Source of the DNA: Selaginella moellendorffii | Lineage: Eukaryota; Plantae; Lycopodiophyta | Assembly (NCBI RefSeq): GCF_000143415.4 | Contig: NW_003314430.1 | Span: 1 to 64,000 of the forward strand | Length of the DNA: 64,000 bases | Reading direction: 5' to 3' | Part shown: in pieces, positions 38,501 through 50,299 of the stretch | Numbering within the stretch: the first letter of the stretch is position 1 | Layout: each line of letters opens with the position of its first letter | Made by a program: the position numbers and the translations under genes | Notes under the pieces: generated by a model | Told to the model about the DNA's origin: nothing | What the model saw: only the letters and a program-made list of their open reading frames with translations | Databases searched by the model: none

Positions 38501-38860
38501 CTTACTCTTGTTGTGGTATGCCCCCACTATGCCATCCTAAAAAAATGGGTGACTAGAGGGGTGGAGGAACAAATACCTCCTGTGTTTCAGGAAAGTGGAC
38601 AACAATAAGATCCTTTGGCAGTGGTGCCCCCTTGATTTTGTTTTACATTTGGCTTGGGAGGGGGACATTTGGATATCAACATAATCCAAAAGAAACAACT
38701 ACAACCTCTTTTACTTCAAGATTACATTTGGTTGAGACACAAGACTATCACATAGAGTAGCCAGTTGAGAGATGTAGTTTTTATATTAGTCCTTCTGGGA
38801 TATGGAGAATGTACATACTTGTGTGCCTAATCTTGAATCATTATTAGAGTCTATGTAGTA
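32560..38860. repeat. Decayed retroelement-derived mosaic; 33750-35960 and 36100-37546 are inverted homologs of ~4110-6615 and 1-1400
   Basis: Patchy reverse-complement similarity. Faint integrase Zn-finger-like remnant (WEVHNHYHFG..CP) at ~38425-38530(+). Confidence 0.65.
34996..35574 (-). mobile_element. TRIM, same family as 4918-5495
   Basis: Two LTRs (34996-35173, 35381-35574), minus-strand PBS (TTTGATACCA at ~35369-35378), degenerate TSD TGGAG/TAAAG. Confidence 0.85.
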
Positions 38861-41800
38861 TGAGTTAAGATGTAATATGCCCTCCCTTAGGTGATAATTT
38901 AGATTCTTATGGAATAATTTACTATACTAATTTTTTTAAAATAGTGCTTTATTACTTTTTTATTAATTTTATTTAAAAATATTTTTAATGAAATAACAAT
39001 TTTGACTACAAATATTTTAATAATTATATAAAATGATAATATAATTTGTTTAAATTTTCATTTAAATAAAAAATAATTAATAAATTTTTAATATAAAGGA
39101 ATGTGCTATATTATCCTGTATTTATAATATTCTTTAATGAACTATAATGATGGAGTTTAATATAACCATGTCCATGGTTGAAGCTCTAGACTAAGCTCTA
39201 GTGGCCAGAAATATTATATAATTCCTTACTTTGATTCTTTATATAAGAGTTGCATGTGTTAAGAGTTGTAAATATTAAGCAAGATGCTGAAAAGTAGAGG
39301 CAAAAGTTCAAGTATAATTGTTGAGAAAGAGGAGTACAGGAAAGCTAGAACCCTAAAGCTACTCATACACCTAGAGCATTAGTTGAGCTGCTCACATATC
39401 TAGAGCAAAGAATAAACATGATTTTTATTAGTGATAATTAAGAACAATAATATTAAACTTTAATTAGCAACAGTTTACCTTGCTTCTGCTTGGAGATAGT
39501 ACCAATAAATTTAACTACCTTGCCTTTTCTTATTGGCCTCTTATGCATCTCTATAGGAATAGTCTCACTCATGTCTCAAACTCTCCTCTCAAGATTGAAA
39601 CCAAATTTCTCAAGGTTTTCAATCTCATTTGAGGTGAATATGACCCCATTAGCAACTGACAATTCTTTAAGTATTGCATCAGGTTTAGTTACTATAGTGT
39701 TTTCAAGTTATTTTATATAGTTGGCATTGGTGTTGCAGCAATATAGCTAGCACCATCTCAAAAATCCTACTTGCTTTCGTTCCCCATAAAAACATGGGGT
39801 TGGAACAAAAGCAAACTTATTACCACAAATCTAAGTTTAACATTTGTTGTTCAAAAGCATCCCCACACACCTTATATTAGATTTTATTGGCACTTGGCAA
39901 ATTATCTATTGTCTCGGTTTTATATTATGGTAAGTGATTTTAACTTGTTGTGATGCACTCTCTTCATTTGTAGTGCACATGGTTTTCACCCTAAACAAAA
40001 CCTAAACATTCTATAGGCCATGTGTCATATACCATGTGTTTAAGGACAACAAAGCAGAACCCAAGTTTCAATGCCTTAGGCCAATGAATAAAGGAACAAA
40101 GATAAACTCCCAAGCTTGTAGCTAAGGACCAAAGGAACTAAAGCATAGAGTAACTTCTAAGCATTCAGCCCAAAGAGCAAAAGAATAGAAGTATGGAGCG
40201 ATATTGAAATAGTCCTAAAACTTTTAACATCCTAATGCCAAGACCAGCAGACAAAATGAACCCAAAGGGAGTCTAGCCCTATGTAAGGAACCAACTCCCT
40301 GAGGTGTCGTAGGCTAAAGGATCCCCAAAAGCATGACCAACATGATAGAGAGTTCATCGGATGGGACCGAGTCTGAGATCGAGTCCAAGACTGACTCTGA
40401 GACTGAGTTCGAGATAGAGTCTAGGATCGAGTCCGAGGCTGACTCGGAGATCGAGTTCGAGACCGAGTTCGAGACAGAGTCCGAGATCCGAGATTGGGTC
40501 CGAGACCAAGTCCGAGGTCGAGTCCGAGATTGAGTCCGAGATCGAGTCCGAGATTGAGTCCGAGACCGAGTCCGAAGTCGGGTCCGAGTACTAATACAGG
40601 TCAAGGGGTGAAAGCCCAAAGCGTGTGTCTCCCCGGGGGGGGGGGGGGGGGGGGAACTCTCTAGGGGGGCTTGCAAACTGACTTGAGGTTGAAACTGGGG
40701 CCCAGTGGCCTTGGGTGGGAGTGAGCATGGACTCGGGGGGGGCCCAAGGGGCCCCCCCAGGAAGTGTTCCAGAGTAGCTCCCCCTTCCGAAAGGGAAACT
40801 GACTACGGGGCTCCCGAGTCATGGGGAATGGGGCCCCCCTTAAGTACCTTATGGCTCATTAGGCTTCATCCTTCCCAGGGGTTTGGACCTTCCCTTTGGG
40901 ATGGAAATGGGGGGGGGGGGGGGGGGGGGGGGGCGCTAGAGGTACCCATACTGGGCCGTTAGGCCATGGTGTTTCGCCCTGGTGTTCCGAAGCATGTGTT
41001 GCACCCAAGGATTGGGATTTGGGATTTAAAGGGTCCCATGATCAAGTCTTATGGTACCAAGGGATGCTAGGAACTTAGAGGCTTGGTGTGCTTGGCTGCT
41101 TGTGCCTGCGGGGAGTGTAGCTGAACTTTAAGTCCAGTCTAACCCGAGGAGGGGGATTGGGAGAGATTTGGGAATCCGTGGATGGATGGCTAATGCTCTG
41201 TTGCTCGTGCAGTGAGTAGCTGAAACCAAGTAGGACCGAGTAGGAGCTGGTACCATAGGCAGGAACCTTGGCAAGGGAACTTAGCTAAAGCCAAGGCAGT
41301 GTTAGTCAGACAGACAAAGTAAGTTGGCAAATTGGAAAGGAAAAATTTGTGGCTTACAATTTGGTATTAGAGCCTTTTCCTCAGTTATAGCAAAGGATAA
41401 AGGCAGATTGTTGGGAGATGGCAAAAGCAGGGTGGAAACGAACCAAGGCGAAGATGGAACCTCCTTTAGAGCTGAAGCCTCCAGTCGAACAAGAGGCTAT
41501 GGATGAGGAATCCTTGCATGAGGAGGACTCCAGTGAGGAAACTTCCAAACAAGAGTCCAGTGGTGAGGTTCGGTCATCCAAGGCTCAATTGGACGTTCTA
41601 GAAGGACAATTGGCACAGACCAATGCCCTGTTGGAGACTCTCGTACGCAAGCTAAAGCGTGATGAGAAGCGGAAGAAAAGGCAAAAGACTGCAGATGTTG
41701 GTAGCGCAGAAGGTGCAGACCCTTCGGCAGAGACTGAGGCAAAACTAAATAAGGTCAAACAGACCGAAGTGGAATCAGTCCCTCAGGCAGTTCCCAAGTA

Positions 41801-44800
41801 CAAACCAAAGCCCCCACCGGTCTTCAAGGGAGTGAACGACTATAAAGTGGTGGAGGATTGGTTTTATGATATGGAGGACTACTTCCGAGCGTTGCAGTTA
41901 CCAAGCTCAGAGAAGGTCCCATGTGCAAAACCATACTTAGCAGATAATGCCAAGTCTTGGTGGAGAACAACAGAGGTCAATGAAGGACTGGTGGCCACTT
42001 GGGAAATGATGAAGGCGAGGATCCATGCGACTTACGTTCCTCCGAATGCTACTCTGCATCTAAGAAACGAGCTGAGTAGGCTGAAGCAGACCAGAACCAT
42101 TCAAGAGTATGTGAATGGGTTTATGACAAAGAGGATACTTGTCATGGACATGGGGGATATGGATGCATTCCATGCCTTCATATCAGGCTTGCAAACCTGG
42201 GCTCACGGTGAGGTGATGTGTTGGAACCCGACCAACTACAAGGAAGTGTTAGATGCGGCCATCAAGGTGCACTTCAACGATAACCTGCGAAAGGGGAACA
42301 CAATAGGGTCGAGGTCCACGTTTAACAAAGGGGCCAAACCAAGGGGAATGTATAGCAAGGGAAATTCAAGAAGAGTTTCTCTAAGAATGAGTCCTCGTGG
42401 TTCGAGAAAGGCAAATCCGGCAGTTAGCGAGCAAGTATGTGGGGGAGTCAAGCAAAAAGAGACAAACCCACGGATAAGAAGGTCAAGTCGATTAGTAGCG
42501 TGGGAAACAACTTATGCTATAACTGCAGTGAAACGGGACACTTTTTGAGGGAATGTCCCTACCCGAAGAAGGTCAAAGCCAATATGACCATTAAGTTGGG
42601 TGAAATCTAAACTAAGGTATGTGATCTAGTCCTTAGCTCAAAGTTACTCATTACACAAGCAACTTTGGTAGAGAGTCGTTCGCGACATTTATTAGCCCTC
42701 CGAGGGAAGCTCGGAGGTAGCTTTGTTAAGATCCTTATTGACACGGGTGCTTCAGATAATTTTGTGGCTGCAGACATAGTGTGGCAAGCCGGACTAACGG
42801 TGCAGCAGCTGGGCGAACCAAGGACTATAGAGTTTGTTCAAGGTAGCCAAAGCACCGATGAGGTACGTCGACAGGCGAGAGTCAAAGTAAGGACATAGAA
42901 AGTAGACATGGATTTCACCGTGTTGGACATGGTGGGATTTGACGTGATCTTCGAGATGGATTGGTTCAATCGGTTCGTGGTAGCCCTACATGGACAAGGT
43001 AGGAACCTTGTGGTACTAGCGAATGCCCAAGGAAGAAAATCCAGGATGGACGCTTAGGATCTAAAGGTAGGGCAGTGCAAGGCCAAAGATTCCTGCCTAA
43101 ACCTGGTGTCCATGAGAGGATAACTCACTAAAGGAACCAAGGCAACATTTTTGTGCTTACTCTCGGTGAAGAGTGACAAAAAAACAGGAACGGAAGAAGT
43201 ACCTTTAGTGATCCAGCAGATGTTAGACCAATTCCAAGATACCATGCCAAAGGAGCTACCGGTGGGGTTGAAGTGGTTGATAGAACATAAGATTGAGCTG
43301 GTTGAGGGTGCTGAGGCGATGGTTTGTTCCCCTTATCGTTTGAACAAAAAAGAACTCGAGGAGCTCAAGTGCCAACTAAAGGAGTTGGTGGACAAAGGGT
43401 ATGTTAGGTTGAGCAAGTCACCATATGAGGCACCGGTGCTATATGTGAAAAAGAAAGATGGATCTATGCGCATGTGCATAGACTACCAGTTACTCAACAA
43501 ATATACAAAGAAGAACAAGTACCCTTTGCCAAGGATTGAGGACCTGTTCAATAGGTTGGGAAAGGCAAAATACTTCTCGAGGATTAACCTAAGGTCAGGA
43601 TACTACCAGATTAGGGTAGCAGAGGAAAATGTCGAGAAGACAACCTGTCGAACAAGGTATGGGAGTTTTGAGTTTCTGGTGATGCCCTTCGGGCTATGCA
43701 ATGCGCCGGCAACATTTTTGGTGTTGATGAACCATATCTTTGTACCCTATCTGGATCACTTTGTGGTCGTCTATATTGACGACATCCTGATCTATAGCGA
43801 AACACTAGAGGAGTATACCAAACACTTTACGAAAGTGTTTGAAAAACTAAGGGAACACCAGCTATATGCTAAAGAGAGCAAATGTGACTTTGCTCAACAA
43901 GAGGTAAAGTTTCTCGGGCATGTGGTGAGCAAGGACGGGCTCAAGGTGGACCCTGAGAAGGTCCAAGTGATCCAGGATTGGGAGCGACCATCGAATGTAC
44001 ACGAGTTAAGGGCATTCTTGGGGCTATGCAACTACTACCGAAAGTTTATCAAACACTATTCGAGAGTAACCCTACCCTTAACGGACTAAACAGGAAAAGG
44101 GAAGATAATATAGACAGCCGAATGCGAGACAACATTTGTCCACCTCAAAGGGAAATTAAGGAAGGCCCTCATGTTGGCGTTACCAAACTTTGGTAAGGAC
44201 TTTGAGGTAGAAACAGATGTTTCAGATTTTGCGTTAGGCGCAATTTTGAAGCAAGACAACCATTCAGTAACGTTCTTCTTGAAGAAGTTGAACATGGCTC
44301 AACAGAAATAGCCTACCCACGAGAAGGAATTGTTTGCGGTGGTCAAGGGGCTCAAGGAGTGACGACACTACCTTGGGAGACACTTCAAGGTTTACACGGA
44401 CAATGTGGCAATGAAACACTTCTTGTCACAACTCGACCTGAGAGGGAAATAGGGTCAGTGGGCCAATGCTTTAGCCGAGTTTGATTGCAAGATTCTGTAC
44501 AAGTCTGGGAAGAGCAACATCATGGCGGATGCACTAAGTCGAAAAGCGAGCTTGAAGTTGGCGATATCCAGCGCGACCGCAACTTTTTGGGATGATGTGC
44601 GGACAGCATATGAGAACGATGGTCTATTACAAGAAGTGTTGTTGAGGAATCTAGAGGCACAGGAAGCTCATTAGAGAAGTGAGCTACCAACGGAAGAGAA
44701 AATGGGCTATGTGGAACGCAATGAATTCATCTATTACAAGCAAATGAGGGTGTATGTTCCAGAAGGGGAACTAAGGAAGGTAGCCTTAGAAGAGTGTTAT

Positions 44801-45590
44801 GACGAACCTCTTGCGGGACATGGCAGAGTGCCCAAAACGATGGGCTTACTCAAGAGGAAGTACTACTGGCCAAATATGGCTAAGGACGTCCAAGACTATG
44901 TAAAGATATGTCCAACATGTCACAGGTCATAGCCGTGACTAAGGCTAGTGGGGGTTTGTTACAAAGCATCCTAATTCTAAATCGTCCGTGAAAATGTCTT
45001 ACGATGGACTTCATCACGGGACTCCCTCCAAGTGAGGGGTTTGATGCGATATTCGTGGTGGTGGACTGATTTTCGAAGATGGCACATTTCATACCCACCA
45101 CAACGGAAGTGAATGAGGAAGGTGTGGCGAAGCTGTTCTTCAAACAAGTGGTTCGAGTGCAAGGAATGCCAGAGGAGATCATCTCAGACCGAGATAAGAT
45201 CTTCACTAGCAGGTTCTAGAGAACTCTCCTGGAACAGTATTACACCAAGTTGAAATTCAGCACAGCCTATCACCCACAGACAGGTATTGGGTATTAAGTC
45301 AAGTTGGATGGCACTAACACTTCTTGACAAATGGACAAACAGAAAGGGTGAATAGGCAACTTGAGGATTATTTGCAATGCTATGTCTCCAGAGACCAAAT
45401 TGATTGGGTAAGTCATTTGGGACTTGCAGAAATGTGCTATAACAACTCACCACACTCAAGTATTAGGGTGAGTCCATGGGAAGTCATCAATGGGCGAGCT
45501 AATGAGTCAGGAATGTGGTCTACAGGTCAGGAATCCGGCGAGAGTCAGGAATGTGGCAAGAATTGGGGGATTCCTGACAGCACCCCCTCC

Positions 45591-48500
45591 TCAAGAACGA
45601 GTGGAACGAGGATGTGAACGAGAACGAAGAGGAGGATGAGATGAGCGGCGAGGGATGGGAGATGGAGAAAAAGAATGAGGACTGGGACGAGAAGGATAGC
45701 GGCAGTGGAAGTCCTGAACAAGGTCAGGAGAATGAATCAGGTTGTCCGCAGGTTCCCAAGTGCGTTCCTCAGGTCCGTAACCCTTCCAGTCCACCAGATA
45801 GTAGAGTTTAGACCGTGAAATCTTGGAATCAAGGATGTCCTGAACCTCGTACTCAGACCCATCCTCGAGCTGCACTGGTGGAGGCGGAGGAATGACCCGA
45901 TTTGGAATAGGACTGGGAATATAAGGCTCAAGGAGAGAGGAGTGAAAAATGGGGTGAATTTGATATGAGGAGGGAAGTGCAAGGCGATAAGTGACAGGAT
46001 TAATGATGGCAGTGATAGGGAAAGGACCAAGGCGTTTGAAATCGAGTTTTGGACAGGGCCTGGTGGTGGAGATATTTCGCCTGAGGAGCCAGACTTTATC
46101 CCCGATATTGTAAGGGGGACAATCCTGACGATGGACATTGGCAAATGTTTTATGAGATTCCTGAGCACGATGGAGGTGGAAGGAGATGGAGTTGTGGATT
46201 TCCTGGAGGTTGGAGATAAATGCCTCAGAGCGGGGATTTGAATGAGAGGATTCAGATGGAGAAGGAAGTGAGAGATTGAATCAGGGATTTTGGCCAGAGT
46301 TTGCAAAGAAGGGGGAAACTCGAAGAGAGGAGTGAACAGAGTTGTTATAGGAGAACTCAGCAAGGGGAAGGATATCGAACCAGTTATCCTGATGATAGTT
46401 GATGAAGCACCTCAAGAATTGTTCCAACGTCTGAATCGTTCGCTCGGACTGCCCATCAGTTTGAGGATGATATGCCGAAGAGAGGTTGGCCTTCACTCCA
46501 AGCAGCTGCAAAAACCGTTGCCAGAAATGAGAGATGAACTGAGGCCCCCGATCCGAAACCACATCTGTAGGAATCCCATGAAGTCAGAAAATTTCCCTGA
46601 ATACCAGTTTTGCCATGTCCTCGCCCGAAAACTCCTTGGTACATGGCAAGAAGTGTGCCATCTTTGTGAAGCGATCCACCACGACTAAAATGCTGTTGAA
46701 GCCTCCAGAACTCGGAAGATCACTCAAGAAATCCATGGAGATGGATTCCCAAGGACCTGAAGGGACCGGAAGGGAACGAAGCAAACCTGAAGGAAGGTGG
46801 TGAGGTACCTTATTCCGGGCACAAGTGTCACAGGAGGTAACAAAAGCTTTGATGTAGTCGTCCATGTGAGGCCACCAAAAGTCCCGTGCAACTAGCTCAT
46901 AGGTTTTCGCAATGCCGAAGTGACCAGCAGTCGGGCTATCATGGCATGCCATCAGGACCAACCTTCGAGCATCACCTTCAGGAACGTAAAGCTACTCCCC
47001 ACGGTACAATAAGCCATCTAAGAACTCGAACTCGTCAAATTGCCGGCAGTCGGGAGTCATTGGGTGTCCAGCCTGAAGATGGGGGAAAATGTCGCTAGCG
47101 AGATCATCGGATTGAAGATCGTTTCTGATTGCATCCATCAAGGAGGAGTCCTGAGGGGCCAGGGAAATTGCCATAACGTGAAGCCGATCAGGACCGAGGA
47201 TAACTTGATCCTATTGATCGAAGGCAGGATTACCAGGCCTGAGACTGAGATAAGAGCGCCTTGAAAAAGCATTAGGAAGGCCTTGAAACTTTCCAGGTCT
47301 GTACTTGATAACAAAGTCAAACCGACTCAGGAATTGTGCCCACCTTGCTTGACGACGGCTTAAAACTCGGGAAGTGGCAAAGTACTCGAGATTTTTGTGA
47401 TCCGTCCAGACAGTTGTTTGATGGCTCGCCCCCTCCAAGAAACGGCGCCACTCTCCAAAGGAATCCACGATGGCAAGGAGCTCCTTGTCGTGGATTTCGT
47501 AATTGATCTCCGCAGGTTGGAATTTTCGAGAATGGAAAGCGACCGGATGAAGTTCGTGATCTGCTCCGAGTTGAGACAGCACAGCACCAATGGCAAAGTC
47601 GGAGGCGTCAGCCTTGATGAAGAAAGGTTGTGAGGAATCAGCATGGATCAAGACAGGAGCAGAACTGAAGGCTGCCTTGAGTGTGTCGAAGGCCTGCTGG
47701 GCAGCAGCAGACCAAGAGAAGGGAACATCCTTGCGAGTGAGATGTGTGAGAGGAAGGACAATGTCAAAGTAGTGATCAATGAATTTGCGGTAGAAGTTGG
47801 CGAAGCCAAGGAAAACCTGAACGTCCGACATTGATTGTGGAGGCTCCCATTCGAGAATAGTCTTGACTTTGGCAGGATCCATCGTGATACCCTCAGGAGT
47901 GACAATGTACCCAAGGAACTCCACAGACTGCTGATCAAAGGAACATTTCTCAAGCTTTGCGTATAGGCTGTGTTCTCGCAACTTCGCTAGCACCTTGCGT
48001 ACATGTCCGTCATGCTCCTCCTGAGTTTTTGAGTAGATGAGGATGTCATCGAGGTAGACGATCACCATCTGATCAAGAAACTCCCGAAAGACGTCGTTCG
48101 CCATGTGTTGGAAAACTGCTGGAGCATTTGTCAAGCCAAATGGCATGACAGTGTACTCGAAGTGGCCATAGCGGGTTCAGAACGCAGTCTTCCATTCATC
48201 ACCAGGCCGGATCTGGATCAGGTTGTATGCTCCACGGAGGTCAATCTTGGTGAAGAAGCGGGCACCGCCGAGGCGTTCCAACAGGTCCGAGATCAGGGGC
48301 AGCGGATAACGGTTCCGAACAGTCACCTTGTTCAAACCTCGGTAGTCGATGACTAACCGCAAGCTCCCATCCTTCTTCTTGACAAAGAAGACAGGCACTC
48401 CAGCCGGGGACTGCGAATGCTGAATGTAGCCCGAGGCAAGGTTCTCATCCACGTACTCTTTGAGGGCCTTAAGCTCAGACGGGGATAACCCGTAGATAGG

Positions 48501-49349
48501 CCCCCACGGAGGTGACGCTCCTTCCTGTAAATCAATGGGACAATCATAAGGCCGATGAACAGGCAGTACACTAGCTTTTTTCTTGTCAAACACATCCCCA
48601 AAATCATGATACTTCTCAGGAAGACTGACAGGAGAAACATGCAAAGCAAAAAGAAAAAGAGGTTCTTCATGAAGGAGTTCTTTCATAGTGATTGTGGAGA
48701 TAGGAGGAGGCGTACGACTAAATGGAATGATGAGACGAGGATACGGTCCAGTGTAAGATGGAAGAGAGGAAAAAGAAGAGGGTGAAAACTTTATAGAGTC
48801 AGGAATAGAACCCCAATTTGAGTTTAGGGAACTTTTCCTGATTCGGACTCGATGAACAGCAGGGGAAGCCGTGGGAGAGATGAGCTGTAATTCCTTCCAA
48901 CAGATCTGAGGCTGATGTAGTTGGAACCATGGAAGACCGAGCACCACAGAGGAGGACTTGCTGTTGATGATGTTGAAGGCGATATCGGTGACAGTGGACC
49001 CGATGTGTACTCGAACTGGCAACGTTTCCCTAAGTCCAGAAGATGGAGACACAAAATGCCCGCCGATGCCTTCAACCCTCAAATCCCGTATGGTAGGAGA
49101 AAGAGGAACGTGATGTCGGGCAGCAAAGTCCGTGTCCATGAAGCAGGAAGTTGCACCTGAGTCCAGTAACGCCAAAGCCTTGAGTCCTGATTGTCCGGTG
49201 AAAGAAAGGAGACATGGGACGCGGAAGTTGCGGGAATTGGTGGTGGCTTTGATGAAAGGTGGTGAGGAGCTTGATAAAGAAGAAAAGTGATTTTTATTCG
49301 GGGAGTCCAAACAGACAACTCCTACTTTGTTTGGACAGGGTCGTTTCCC
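45591..49349 (-). pseudogene. pol of nested element (PR, RT, RNase H, integrase, chromodomain); single frame with five nonsense codons
   Basis: LLDSGAT, YLDD, ADASD, H2C2, SDRGPQF, GPF and YEVQDIL..VDWKGY..TWEP all lie in the same frame. Confidence 0.92.
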
Positions 49350-50299
49350 GACTGCAATAGAGGTGGACTTTGAGGCAGAGTGAACTCGAGCAGTCGAGGA
49401 GGCTTCTTGGGACATACAGCTGCTTTGTGATTAGGATCAGCACAATAGAGGCAAAGATTATGAGATATTCGACGTTGCTTCTCAGCAGGACTCAACTTCC
49501 CTCTAATGAGTCGGGGAGTACCAGAAATATCCATCGGAACCGGAGTAGTAGGTTCAGGAGTATGCCCCGAAGACTCAAGCTGGGATTCCTGAGTCTGGGA
49601 CGGAAAAACAGCGGCGCGGCGACTTTCCTGACGACGTTCAAAGAGACGATTGTCACATCGAACAGCTTTGTTGATGGCATCCGACAGGTCCTTGGGATCC
49701 TCCATGGTGAGCAACAAATCCTTGACACCGTTGTTGAGGCCGAAACGAAATTGGTCAATCAGGGCTCGCTCATCCCACTGAGTGTCCAAGGCAAGGAGTT
49801 GGAACTCTGCAGCGTAGATTGAGGCAGGACGAGACCCTTGAGAGAGCCGTCTCATCTTTGTGGTAGCAGCCCGAACCTGATCCGTCTCGCCAAAACATAC
49901 TTCGAGCTTCTCTTTGAACAATTGAAGATCCATTAGCTCCGGAACCACGACCCCTTTCATGCTCTTCTCCAGAAGAGGAGAAAACCATGACAAAGCTGCA
50001 CCCTCGAGCAATGTCCCAATCGCGCCGATTTGAGACTCGGGAGTGGGGTACCGCCGATGTTGAAGTGCAAAGATCAGCTCCATTTGGTTCAAAAATCCAC
50101 GAAGCTCCAAACGCTTGCCTGAAAATTTCGCCGGGAAACTCACCTTCGGTTCAGGAACTTTGCTGGATCCTTGAGCCGAAAGTGAAGCAAGCTCCTGCTG
50201 CATGCGAAGAAGGGTCGCCTTCAGCTCGGTATTCTCAGACTGGATTTTTGCAAGGACTTCGGCAAAGAAATCAGGATGGCTTGGAGACTCCATTGGCAA
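49322..50299 (-). CDS. Gag of nested element (intact ORF, PEG10/Ty3-like capsid plus CCHC knuckle)
   Basis: 325 aa with P.KFSG, FRFGL..VKD.L, PVPMDI and [15 protein letters not shown]. Confidence 0.9.
   Translation of the reverse strand: MPMESPSHPDFFAEVLAKIQSENTELKATLLRMQQELASLSAQGSSKVPEPKVSFPAKFSGKRLELRGFLNQMELIFALQHRRYPTPESQIGAIGTLLEGAALSWFSPLLEKSMKGVVVPELMDLQLFKEKLEVCFGETDQVRAATTKMRRLSQGSRPASIYAAEFQLLALDTQWDERALIDQFRFGLNNGVKDLLLTMEDPKDLSDAINKAVRCDNRLFERRQESRRAAVFPSQTQESQLESSGHTPEPTTPVPMDISGTPRLIRGKLSPAEKQRRISHNLCLYCADPNHKAAVCPKKPPRLLEFTLPQSPPLLQSGNDPVQTK

Noticed and set aside
40635-40935. Apparent excess divergence of the 5' LTR, suggesting a recombinant element
   Set aside because: Differences lie between two long poly-G runs and mostly extend G/C homopolymers, which is typical of low-quality sequence. 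The matching TSD supports a single insertion.
44920-44945. Frame break after the integrase CPTC motif as another intron candidate
   Set aside because: Explained by a 1-nt deletion; there is no extra sequence to splice out.
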